DNA of 57,765 nt, taken from positions 1 through 57,765 of the forward strand of contig LPNZ01010288.1 of the NCBI GenBank assembly GCA_001655205.1, given 5' to 3'. Positions within the stretch are counted from its first letter, which is position 1; every line of letters starts with the position of its first letter. The notes below the pieces were generated by a model. That model saw only the letters and a program-made list of their open reading frames with translations. It did not search any database and was not told the DNA's origin. The position numbers and the translations under genes were made by a program. The stretch is from Lenisia limosa (Eukaryota; Protista; Breviatea). Shown here in pieces: positions 25,809 to 37,647 of this stretch.

Positions 25809-28800
25809 TCAGTTCTTTCTTGCCTTCTTTGCGGGAGCCATTAAGAGATCTTCAAGATCGTCAACATCCAGATCGGCCAACTCCGCCTCCAGAGACTCCT
25901 ATCGCAAATGAGACAAGTACTTAATACTGCATCCCTTCCCATCCCCCATACCTGGTGCAAGTCTCGCATCACCTCTGCGTGGCCGTCACCCTCGTTTGCC
26001 AGTGCGCCAACATCCACTGTCGTAGGCATTGAGATGGGTGTAGCACTTTCCTAATAGGTGTGAAGAGAAGGTTACACGAGTTGCATACAGAAATGCTGGC
26101 CGAGCTATCTAGAGAAGTTTTTCAAGGAATCAGATGCGGCGGCAAACCTTGCCGACGATCTCCAAGAGTTTGAAGACCAGCTTAGGCCGTGGGACCGCGT
26201 TAAAGTCCATGGTCAGGTTCACACGCAGGCGGTCAGCAAAAGTGATCGTTGTGGTCTGGGGTAATGGGGTGAAGGTGGAAATGGTATGTTTCATGAAGGA
26301 AACAACAATGACTTTATCCTTCATCACCCCACGCACTCCCTTAGAAATGACCTCGGTCTCTGTGTCGAAGGTGAAGCCATCCTCCTCACTGATCGGCACA
26401 ATTCCTTCCAAGCCGTACCTGCAAAGTGACAAGACGGTCAACATGCATATTAGACAGGGTATTAACAAAGAAAAACGTTTTCCCAGTTGAATCTTACTTT
26501 GGCACCAACACGACAATTCCGTTGGCTCGGTTACGGACAACATAGGCCTCTTCCTCAAGCTTTAGGGTTAATACTGCTGAACTCATATCACAATGCTGCT
26601 TATCAAAGAATACTTTTAAAAAACGGTTCCACTGAGCACTGGGTACAGTGTCCAAGAAATACTGGGAAAAGATATTCCGAAAAGCGGGCATATTGTGTGA
26701 AGGATGAAGGCTCGACTCACCGATTTTTCCTTGAAGAAGATGCGGGTGAACAGGTCGGTTGACGACCGAGAGGCGTATTGGGCCATTCGGTGCCTCTTGT
26801 TGATGCGGTCGGAAATGCGTTTCACTGCGTTCTGCTCCAGTAATTCAGCAGGGACGTCACTGTGGTTGATGGAGGCCGCCAGAAGACGGTGCACAATCAC
26901 ATCTGAAGGTCATCCTCTTTTCACCGAGGGGAAATAATGACAGTTGTGTTGAATGCTAGTACACTTTTTAGAGTCTTGACCATAAGCATATCATATGAGA
27001 TCCCTTGAGCTACAACCCTTTGCTACGATCAACTCGCAATATTGGACACATTACAAGTCTTCACTTTGGTTGGAAAAATACTGGCAAAATATCGATAGTT
27101 TTCGAGGATTTATCGAGAAATTCAGTCTTTTTTCTAACCGAAGTGATGCCCTAATTACAAGCATCAAAGACATACCAGCAAAACGTATCAAAGATATACC
27201 AGCATAACGTATCACAGACATACCAGCAATACGTATCAAAGACATACCAGCATAACGTATCAACATACCAGCATAACGTTCAAAGACATACCAGCATAAC
27301 GTCGGATCGGAGAGGTGAAATGCGTGTAGATGGGGGTAGCAAGACCGTAATGGAAGAACTCTGATCTGGGGGAGATGAGATTGTAAAATACCAAAAACAA
27401 GATCTCAACATTGGAGCACCTGAAGTAAGCGAAGAATTCCACACAACCATCTTCTGGGCTCCGTATTATAAATTGGCCCAAAAGGCTATTCGGTGAATAC
27501 TATCGACGATTAATGTCTTTAAAATAGTTGGGAGCTTACTCTTGAACATCACCAGATGAGAAGTAGTTTGCGACACACATGCATCTGAAAGTAAAAGAAA
27601 TTACATTGTTATATCTATCAGTCATATTAACTGTTACTATATAATATGATGTGATTGCTTATGAGTTATTCCGAGACAGAAGCTGTCCCCACGACATTTA
27701 CAAGGCAAAAAAAAGAATAATACTGCAGATTCTTCAAAGTCCCAACCATCAGAACAGACAAACGCCCTCATTACCTCGTGGTCAAGATACGCAGAAGCCT
27801 ATTGAAGTAGGGGAAGCCGTCAATCTGTGGTGTCAGGTTACCCAGTGTGGTGTTTGTCGGCAAAGCAAAACAAACATAAGAGTTTCCTTGTGTCCAATTG
27901 AACTGTCTTTTTCAGACCGAAGTACGAAACGCTCTATACTTCACCCGTATTTTCTGTCCACACGTTTTCTTATTATGTTGTTTTAGTATAGTCCACGCTA
28001 TGAACTTCTTTGTGACCGCGTACCCCCTCACGGTGGCTTTGTCGAGGGAGTCCGCCAGGGACTTGTTGCAAGCCGTATCAATCTCAAACCCGGCAGCTGA
28101 ATAGTCAGTATATGCGGGGAGGCTTGAGAACAGTCAAGGTTTTCTACTAAACGAGTGGCACCCGCCGATGCGGGCGCTCCACTGACCTTTAGCCACCGTC
28201 AGCAGGGGGCGGAACTGGGTTTCAGGCGGCACGGGATGGCGTCTGAGGATGGCGCATTGGGGGAACTGATGGTGGATCTGCTCGGCTACCGAGACATTGG
28301 CCAAAAGCATGAACTCCTCAACCAGGCTGTTGGTCTCGAATGACTGGGGGGGGGGGNNNNNNNNNNNNNNNNNNNNNNNNNNNNNNNNNNNNNNNNNNNN
28401 NNNNNNNNNNNNNNNNNNNNNNNNNNNNNNNNNNNNNNNNNNNNNNNNNNNNNNNNNNNNNNNNNNNNNNNNNNNNNNNNNNNNNNNNNNNNNNNNNNNN
28501 NNNNNNNNNNNNNNNNNNNNNNNNNNNNNNNNNNNNNNNNNNNNNNNNNNNNNNNNNNNNNNNNNNNNNNNNNNNNNNNNNNNNNNNNNNNNNNNNNNNN
28601 NNNNNGATAAGCGGAGCAGTCAGTTGGGCTGTTGGTCTCGGAATCGAGTGTGAACCGAACCTCTGTCGATGCAAGTGTCAAGGCTCCTGTAATGTGAGGA
28701 ACTTGTAATGGTCCAAGAGGCAGTGCTTCATAAGAATTCCCCACTCCCACCGTTGGCCATTCTCCGGGCCTTAATGATCTTTGAGAGGCGTAACAAATCT

Positions 28801-29064
28801 CTCATTGACTTGGACAGGTCATCTTGCTGGGCTCTGAAAGGTTACACTGTCATTTCGCTCAACAATGGCAGAACACCTTCTTTTTCGAGAACCAAAAGAA
28901 AAGCCCCAAAACAAATGCATTGCTATACACTGACGTGGTAAGTCCTGACATCATGACTGACTAAAGATGATGCTCCATGTTCGTCACATCAGTTTATACA
29001 TATTATTATCTATATTATAGTTAGTGATATGATATATATATATATGCATACTATATAAATGTAT

Positions 29065-29099
<35 letters not shown>

Positions 29100-32000
29100 C
29101 GGATATATAATATCATATATCATATATGATATATATATAATATATGATACGTAATGACTATTTCGTGACAAACGCCTCTCCCCTCATACGAATCATTGAT
29201 TCTCTCCTGAGCCTGTTGGTACGTAAAAGAGGCCTTGGAGCGGATCACAGACTTGTGGAATTTGACACCAACAATATCAGCAGTGGTGGAGTCGATTTCC
29301 TGGGGGTCAGAAGCTCCAAGATATGGTCAGCTCAAGGAATAGCTTTTAATAATAATTAACATCAATATTATATACTCTGTACAGACGGTGATAAGTCATT
29401 CAACGATTTACTAAAGATAAAGCTCAAGATCTGTGCCAGGAATTATCGGACCCTACCCAGATGCAGGAGAAAGCGAGACGGTCTACATTGGAGCGAAGAG
29501 AGCAAAGATCTGGAGGTCAGAACGCTAGATCAACTATAGATATACGTGTAACTATTGTACAATAAATTTGCCGACTATGAACTAAAAACAAAAACAAGTT
29601 AGCATCTATGTCTCCTCTCCTCCCCGCATACTTGTGCCCAAAAGTTCGGGAAGCATGTCGATTCGTCGGTTGGTGAGGTAAACAGTGGTGCATCTGAATA
29701 TCCGTTACGCTCAGAGTTGAGGCAAAAATTTGAGGTTCTAAAAAGAGTTCCCATTTGACACCATTACCCNNNNNNNNNNNNNNNNNNNNNNNNNNNNNNN
29801 NNNNNNNNNNNNNNNNNNNNNNNNNNNNNNNNNNNNNNNNNNNNNNNNNNNNNNNNNNNNNNNNNNNNNNNCGAAATGAGTGACGTCAGCAATATGGACG
29901 CCCACCTGGGGGGTTACTACCACTAATGTTGAATATCGAGAAGCGGAAAGGACCAGTTCAATACATGCAAGGTAGCACACCAAAAAGGAAAAGACTTGTA
30001 AAGGTCCCAAAAAAAAGACAAAAACGCCTCACCTCAAGGTTTCCATTTGGCAGGGGGCGGCAATGCAAGGCGTCATCAATATCCGTACAACCTGGGGGAT
30101 CGATAGAGCAGATGTTTAAGTCCCTGATGTCCTCTCGAATAGCGATCTCTTCGACTGAGATTTTGTAGTCTGGACCCTCGGGAGGCAGGCAGTTGAGAAT
30201 CGCCTTAACCATCAATCAACAAGTGATGTGGTGGCAGAAAAAGATCAGGTAAAATGTCGAGATTCAATCTAGGTAAACTGTCGAGATTCAATCATACCAG
30301 TCCCCCTCCCACTTGGTTAAAGGGCTCGAATGGCACATCATGCTCAATGAGAACTACGTCAGTTTCCACTTCAACGTCATGCTCTGGTCCGAGCTTGCGA
30401 ACAAAGTGCCCACTAGGTCGACTGTGTGGCTTATGAGAAGAGATGTCATAGGTTATATCTGTGGCTTCCCTGTGGCCCGAAAAAGGCCGGTAAAATATCG
30501 ATATTTATAGAGGATTTATCGAGAAATTCAGTCTTATTTGGGACCATAGGGAAGCCCAAGTTAAACCCATATCATATTGAATATGCTGTGACAGGAATAA
30601 GAGGATTGTATAAATAACAAACTGAACTGGATGATGAGACAATCCCTCCATTCATTCCCCACTCGGAATCCATAGCCCAGCCGTCAACAACAACAACGGC
30701 CCGCTGGTTCTCAATGCCCTTCAGTGAGCACTTCACATCTGAAGAATAAGAAGTTCTCAAAAATGAAAGCTGTCATAATTTTTTCATTCTGACCTTGGAT
30801 CCTTGGATCCTTGGAGCCGAAGTGGAACCCTGCTTACAGCACTGTGAAACAATGTTGGAAACTGGCGTGAAAATCATCATGCCGTCTTTGTAAGGTGCCA
30901 GGGAGCCACAGAAACTGAAGTGGTCAGATAATGAAATTTGCCCTCAAGGTATTTCTTGAACTATTAAGGATACTTCATTTTTTGGATGGTAATTGATTAG
31001 AAAATAGGTACTGAAGGGAAAACGAAACAAAGTAACTGCACAATAGTAACGAAGGAAGCACTCACGGTCTGAAGTTTCTTCTGAAGATAGCCACCACCTT
31101 AGCGGTCGGCTTGACCGGACCTCGAGGGGGCGGACCTGAGGAGTGATTGCAGGGCTGGAGAAAACAATACAATACATCTTGCAATATTGAAGAAAGAGAA
31201 CAAGGATGGCTCATATAATCCCATTCTTTTTACCTTCATTTTGATCAGACGAGTCTACCACCAAAAGCGGGCCTGTCCACATGGACTACATCGTTAGGGT
31301 GGCATTACATATCATATGTGGGAATGACCTCCCGTTCCCCTCCCCCCCGATGGTGAGGGGGCAAACCTTGGGGAGAATGGAGACGGCTACAAAATCGCCG
31401 TCAAAGCCTCTGTTTTGCGAGATGAAGTCCGGAATCAGCACTTCAGTTTCTGAGGGATGTAAGGTGTAATAACTATTGGAAAAACGAAGCAAAATCTATT
31501 TTTAAGAACAATTCACCAATGTCAACAAACAAGCATCACACATTTAAGAAAAATGCACACAGTCCCACCAACCTGTTTTGAGCCTTCTTGCTCCAAGATT
31601 ACTAGGGTTCAAACGAACGGTAGCCTAATCGTATTAAAGGAATATATATATATATGATATATATATATATTATAATATATGGTCAAAACCGCGAACATGA
31701 TTAAAACCGCGAACAAGCCAAAAATCGACATAAATCGCTTCAATAACACCCTTTTTAGTGTGAAATTCGGCAGTTTTGAGCACTAGACTCTCAATTACAT
31801 CAAAACAAAGAAATATTGAGCGAAAAGAAGAAAAAAATGAGGAGATAAAAAAATCGAAAAAAAAAGATCTTTTGATCAGAATCGAACCCGGCCGGGGTCA
31901 CCCAGTTTCCTTTACGCAAAATATTTTTTGAAACCCCCCTCTTTCAGAATAATAGCATTTTGAGCCTATTAAAGTGCCCCACTATAGAAACGCAGATTTT

Positions 32001-34661
32001 TAAGGAGAATTCGAATCTGACGTCCATTTTTGGAGAAAATGTAGTGGTTTTGAGGTATTTAAGTCAACTTTTGTAACGGTTTTTTCAAGAATTTTCCTTG
32101 TTCAGTCTCTATAATAGAGCCAATGGACGAAATAGACGTCTGATTAAGGTATATACTGCGTCAATAACCCATTTACCGTTCTGGAACGGCACAAAAGGTA
32201 AGAGACAAATTCGCTTGATTTATTAACATCTTCTATCATATTTTCGCCCATTTATGTACGCTCATTTTTTGCCCAATTTGTCTCGTATTCTCTACTTAAA
32301 TGCCTATAGGTTACTCAAGGGTGGAAAAAAAATCAAATGGTGCAAGAACGTCTTCACTTTATCGCAGGGACATTCTAGGCCTATAATCAGTGTTTTTAAT
32401 GTATTTCGCATGAAAAATTGTAGTACCATGAAGGTGGTATTTTGCATGTATTATGAATAAAACCCTGTATAAAGGAGTGTTTTGGGCGATAATTTGCAAA
32501 AAATGCAAAAGAGGGGTAAATAAGGAGCGTATTGGCTCAAAAATTGAAAGAAAAGCCTCCTTTTTGTTCGCGGTTTTAATCATGTTCGCGGTTTTAACTA
32601 TGTATGATATAAACAAACTCTCTATGTATGATAAAAACAAACTCTCTATGTATGATACAAACAAACTCTCTATGTATGATATCAACAAACTCTCTATGTA
32701 TGATATGATATAAACAGACTCTCTATGTACGATATAAACAAACTCTCTATGTACAATATAAACAAACTCTCTATATGATATAAACAAACTCTCAATGTAT
32801 GACACAAAGCACATGTTATATACTAACATATTTGTCATTCCGCCTACCTGGCACGGGTTGAGGGGGTCAATATTGAGATGACCACTACAGAGAGACCCGG
32901 TTTCAACCCCATGTGTCGCCTCATCAAATGTCAAATGCTGCAGGGTGAATAGCGCACAAAATGACAATCTATGTCAGGTAAACTCAACTATTTGCGGGTG
33001 GGAGGGGGGGGGGACAAGACATAGAAATCATGTTATCCTGAACACACATCACGCATCACACCTCTACTGATGAGAAAATAATGCCCTTTCAACTCCGAAA
33101 AAAAACTTCAACTGGATATTGATATTGCTGGTTCTGTCTATGCATCAATAAGCTCCTCAAACTGCAGGGAACTTAGCGTTAGTAATTGATTGGTCGTCTT
33201 TAGGCAAACTTGCTGCAAGAAGTTGGTCTAAGCCTTCCTTGCCGCATTTGTTGCGAACATAGTCGTTGACTGGATTATCAGAGTGAGTCTTCAACATTAT
33301 GTCAACGTCCCCTTGGCTACCCAAAAAAGACTGGGATTCTCAATAAATCCTCCCAATGTAAGTATTATTATTATTATTATTTGCTCAAACCATACATCAC
33401 AAAACCATGAGAAAAGACCCACATTTGACGACGTTGAGACCCTCGGATTTTGCCAGCTCGAAGCACAGCACATCACGTGTAGAGAAGAATACCTGTTGGT
33501 TAATAAGACAACAAAATATCGATCCACACGTACTATTCATTTCTTAAAATAATCATGCTTATATCCTGAATGCCCTCTGGTCGGAGAAAGACCGATAAAA
33601 TGTTGATATTTCTCAAGAAATACACACGGCTTACCTCTTTGCTAACGTGCCCTTGATACCATATTGCGGCTTTGCGGATACCTGGGGGTCACAGGGGAGG
33701 AGAAATAAGGTAAATCAAGTATACAATTGGATGGGCTTGAAGGAAAGCTCTAAAATCCATTCTGATAGCTGATTCTTCGCCCAAAACTCCTCCTTTTACA
33801 CCCATGACAAGCTTGATTCCATCATGATCCACAATGACAGGCTTGATTCAATCATGATCCACCATGACAGGCTAATTTTCAATCATGATTTACCATGATG
33901 CAACAACCCCATACTCCTGTCATTGAAGTCATTGGGGGTCTCGTCCTCCTCTTGTTCGCAGTACGTTTCCCTTCAAAATGAAAATGACAGAGCCCCGTCA
34001 TTCAAGGTTCTTCAGAAGAGAACCTTAAAAACAAAAGGTTCAAAGCGCAACATATAGTCTCATATCCCTACGGATGGAAATTGTTGTAGAACACGACGAC
34101 ATTCCTGTCCTTGGGGGGAGCGGCAATGAGGGTGCGGAGGCGATGGTACGTGTCGCTGCTGATGTGCTTGACTTCATCGATGACCGTCTTACAGAGAACC
34201 TGGGTTGTTGTCATAAGAGGGGGGTGCTATTGGATGTGAGGGGGGACATGAAGCACAAGACAATCAAAAGTATACAAACCCATATAATGTGAACGAATGA
34301 AAATTTCAAGTCTAGGAACCCAATACTCAAATGGATCGAAACAAAATCTCTTCCTTTCGCCCAACAAACAAGGTTGGTAGGTCCGTTAGCAGATTCGAGA
34401 AGATCAATCTCGGCCAAGGCAACATTGGTGTCAATAACAAGAATATGATCCCTGCTTGAAAGAGCCGAAGTAGTTGAAGGACAAGTCTATACCAGTTATT
34501 TCTCATTTAGGTTATTGTAAAAGTGTCATAAGGCTCACCAGACAGCCTTCAAAGCCACAGGAGAGATCATCACGAAGATAAATTTCGCGATTTGTTCGCA
34601 CGAGCCCTCCTCTCTTTGTCAACCTATCAAAGGTTTTATGTTTACGCTGCGGCTCTGTCAT
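25809..34661 (-). CDS. DIS3: Exosome catalytic subunit DIS3/RRP44 (PIN + CSD + RNB + S1); more than 20 introns
   Basis: [36 protein letters not shown]...VIDTNVAL...[17 protein letters not shown]...[15 protein letters not shown]...[11 protein letters not shown]...[17 protein letters not shown]...[15 protein letters not shown]...[20 protein letters not shown]...IVHRLLAA. The catalytic RNB aspartates are intact. Confidence 0.95.
27058..27153. mobile_element. hAT-type MITE family, copy B (left TIR degraded)
   Basis: Core AAAATATCGATAGTTTTCGAGGATTTATCGAGAAATTCAGTC, right end GATGCCCTA, perfect 8-bp TSD ATTACAAG (27050-27057 and 27154-27161). Lies in a DIS3 intron. Confidence 0.85.
27163..27302 (-). 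repeat. 21-24-bp tandem array (6 copies) spanning a DIS3 5' splice site
   Basis: Sense unit ACGTTATGCTG|GTATGTCTTTGAT is the last 11 nt of the FTSPIRRYA exon plus the intron start. The real donor is at 27291-27290. Confidence 0.9.
29029..29143. repeat. Imperfect (AT)n microsatellite in DIS3 intron
   Basis: Long ATATAT run with interruptions. Confidence 0.9.
30247..30293. repeat. 24-bp tandem duplication in DIS3 intron
   Basis: AGGTAAA(A/C)TGTCGAGATTCAATC x2. Confidence 0.85.
30460..30559. mobile_element. hAT-type MITE family, copy C
   Basis: TGTGGCTTCCCTGTGGCCCGAAAAAGGC ... GTCTTATTTGGGACCATAGGGAAGCCCAA, same core. Degenerate TSD GTTATATC/GTTAAACC (6/8). Lies in a DIS3 intron. Confidence 0.85.
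31680..32600. mobile_element. Non-autonomous TIR DNA element (about 921 bp) in the largest DIS3 intron (about 31626-32845)
   Basis: 37-bp TIRs with 35/37 identity (TGGTCAAAACCGCGAACATGATTAAAACCGCGAACAA), each holding a 13-bp internal direct repeat AAAACCGCGAACA x2. No transposase ORF; TSD unresolved in AT-rich flanks. Confidence 0.8.
32598..32803. repeat. 24-bp minisatellite (about 8 copies) abutting the right TIR
   Basis: CTATGTATGATATAAACAAACTCT repeated. It explains the spurious repetitive ORFs at 32359-32967 and 32453-32713. Confidence 0.9.
33802..33898. repeat. 30-bp tandem array (about 3 copies) in DIS3 intron
   Basis: CATGACA(A/G)GCTTGATTC(C/A)ATCATGATCCAC repeated, about 15 nt after the donor at 33914. 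Confidence 0.85.
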
Positions 34662-34928
34662 GGTGACAGTGGTGGTTGCAAGAGGGTTTGTTGAAAAGTT
34701 TTGGCACTTTTATATTTCGCGCCAGCGTGGCGTGTCCCCCAACTCTGTCCGACTCTTGCTCTCAGTAAAGCCCGAGTACTTGATTACCTGACCCTCCGTT
34801 CCTTTGTTCAACTCCAAGGCTAGTAATAGAAGAAATAGTTCATTAGAACAAGATTAGAATAGAAAGATACAAAAGGCACAGCTAGACATAAGAACGAAAC
34901 AGTAGACCCATAAACTTAAAGCAAAGTG

Positions 34929-37540
34929 TTACATAACAATACAACATCCCTTTTTGGGAGGAGGCTTGTCTTTTTCCTCCAAAAACACGTCATCTGAAGT
35001 GCATTACAAGAAGCTAAATTCGAAGATGAACATTACTTTCCATGACCACAAAGAAAAACCAATCCCTCACATTGCTCAACAATATCTGCAGTACCTAACC
35101 CTTCGATAGCAAGGACATACCTTCTCGTAGTTCCGTCAAGTGGTCGTCATTTTCCTCAAATTCATCCACAGTCGACATCTTTGCCTTTTTGCTTGTCACT
35201 GCGTCATTAATTCTTTGCTTGTGGCCCGAGTTGATGTAATAAAACAAAAGAGAATTAAGACCATGTTCAAATGGAAACCGGTACTGTCTCATGTCACACG
35301 AGTATTTCAATCACCTTGCTCTTACCCCCATATTGACCAACCTTTCTGCGGTTTTGCCTCTTCAAGTAAAGACTCGCCATTGAGACTCCTTTCAATGAGA
35401 GAGAACACCACCACTGCCGGCGGATGTGTGGACGGGGTTGTTAAGTTGAAGAGTTTCATGAAGCTGACAAGGTGGAGGAAAGCCCCGTTGAATCGATCCT
35501 GAGAAGTCAGAAAGTCACCATGTCAAGTAGAGACTAAATTTTAAAAATGAAATTCATATCACTATGTAGAAATAAAAACATCGTGATTCACTATGGTAAT
35601 AACCTGAGAATATATCGGTTAAGGTTTTAAACACAATATTGAAAAAAGTCAGAACGTAAACACAATATCAATCTCTTTCTAGATATCATGGTAATAATCA
35701 GTGGCCAAAAATATATCGAGAATCATGCCAGTAGAAGTCAGGCTGTATTTCTGTACCAAAAGACTGAATCATCGAGGACTCCTTAGTGAACATCAATACC
35801 ATTCTCTGCCCTAACAGCCCAAGACCCACGTCATCACGATGGGACACAATCTCCTCGTAGTGGTGGAAGTACATATGCAAGTAGAAGCGAAGAATTCGGT
35901 CAAAAACAAGCTTGGCTTCTCGAAGAAAATGCCGGGGGTATGGCGGCCCTATTAGCGGTTAAAATGAGTCCTTCGTAATTCAGCTTGACTAACCCCTCTA
36001 TCTTCACAAGCCTCGATCGATATTTAATCAGTCTTCATGAGCATGAGGAAGCAATTGTTAAAACCCAGAAATGATTAACTACTTTTGATACCCAAGCTTC
36101 CCCAGTAAACTATACTGTTCATTGACATGCTTGTAGGGAGTGAGTGGAACATGCATGCTCTTGTTGAAACCGATAAGAGATTATGTGAAGATGGCCAGCA
36201 AACCACTTGGAAAGAGCTGCTTGTTTGAAAGGGTCTCATCAGCCCAGGTCATGACGGTGTTGAAGTAAATGCGTGCCGGCATCTCAACCGCTTTGCCGTC
36301 TTTCGTGACCCATACGTATTTCAATCTTGAGCGTTAATGAGGGAAGCAGGAAATGTAAAATAGAGACAATGAACAAAAAAAAAACGATACTTTTTCCATC
36401 TGTAGCCCAGTGTTCTCTTATCTTTTTGTATTTCCAAAATCATTGACAGTGAACTAATATGATACCTCTTCCTACCCCTTATCACGCCCCCACAACATAC
36501 TGTAGAATACAACTGCCAAAACGACTCTCTTCTTATTCTTCAGATAGTTTAATCAACAGCTTTCCCAATAACCCAACCCACCGTTCGCCAACAGAAGAAT
36601 GTGGACACGAGTCTGGGGAACAAAACTCATTAAAGTCTGCCTTGAAGAAATGCGACTGTGTCACAAAGTCTTCAACTAGAGAAGATCAGAACTTGACAAA
36701 AGAGTGTCTCTTCCCTTTGAATTATTTGACTTTGAGCCATATTTGTTATTACTGTATCTCAGATGAAAAAATAAAATGATATGATCGCTGTAATATATCA
36801 TATGTATATTTGGCCGATACCGCTCACTTTACCTTGTGCTTATTCATGTGTGTAAAAGATCCATTTGTTGCATTAGTAGATGTAGAGATTGAAAAAAAAA
36901 AAAAATGGTTTCCTCTTACGGTTAATTTGTATCCACTCATTGGAGTCTTCGCCCGATGGAAGGCAAATCGACTTTGAAACGTTCTCAAGCGTAACAGAGC
37001 TGCTCCAAGGCAGGTGGAGGGGGAGGTCCGGTAGACTCACATCTAACTGATCAGTCATGTCAAAGGAGTGCCAACACATTGGCCAGAATAATATTCCCAT
37101 CAATATTGATCCGATACCAAACGGGGGGGGGGGGGACAAAATNNNNNNNNNNNNNNNNNNNNNNNNNNNNNNNNNNNNNNNNNNNNNNNNNNNNNNNNNN
37201 NNNNNNNNCCTTCGTCAACTTGAATGGAGGGTGATCGTCCCTTGCCAAGAATTGACGTATTCCGGCCTAATCGTGTATTCGACCGACTTGATTTGTTTGC
37301 CACTGGCATGGTGGCACGTATCGCTAGTTAGAAGCACATCCACTTTGCAAGAACTGAGTTGCGGTGAGACCTGGCAATGGCTTACTTCCCTCTTCTCTCT
37401 ATTTTTCTGGGCTGTTTTTGTTAATCGACGGTCACTTAAAACTGTTTTGAGCAAGAAAGACCTGGAGGTCCGTCTCCTTCGAATAAAAGCAAGAAAACTG
37501 CGGTGGCGCAACTCTTTTGATCGCTAGTTTTTTCTTCCAT
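34929..37540 (-). CDS. Divergent MOB1/phocein-family protein with inferred C-terminal extension ending KKGCCIVM* (CaaX); 5' end uncertain
   Basis: SKSICLPSGEDSNEWIQINLEDFVTQ...EFCSPDSCPHSSVGERLKYVW...PARIYFNTVMTWADETLSNKQLFP...PYPRHFLREAKLVFDRILRFYLHMYFHHYEEIV...FNGAFLHLVSFMKLFNL aligns by eye with the MOB core (LPxGEDxNEW, FCxxxSCP, YxHxYxxH). Confidence 0.75.
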
Positions 37541-37647
37541 TTTGCCCTTTTTAATCCCTCCACTGCTAAAAAGTATGTCTTAGTGTTTATTAAAATATAA
37601 GTAAAGATACAGTGGAAACATAAGTTACATTTGTACTCCCCCCCAGA

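Noticed and set aside
31865-31920. tRNA gene suggested by GGTTCGATTC (and GGTTCGAATC at about 48911)
   Set aside because: No T-stem pairing or cloverleaf at either site.
32359-32967. 202-aa ORF with repeated SYIESL motifs
   Set aside because: It is a translation of the 24-bp minisatellite plus one DIS3 exon.
34712-34725. E2F-like TTTCGCGC motif upstream of DIS3
   Set aside because: Single 8-mer, not repeated at other promoters in the window.
37046-37056. 2-nt microexon (TAG|AT|GTGAGT) in the MOB gene
   Set aside because: The upstream donor may lie in the N gap at 37143-37208; cannot be supported.
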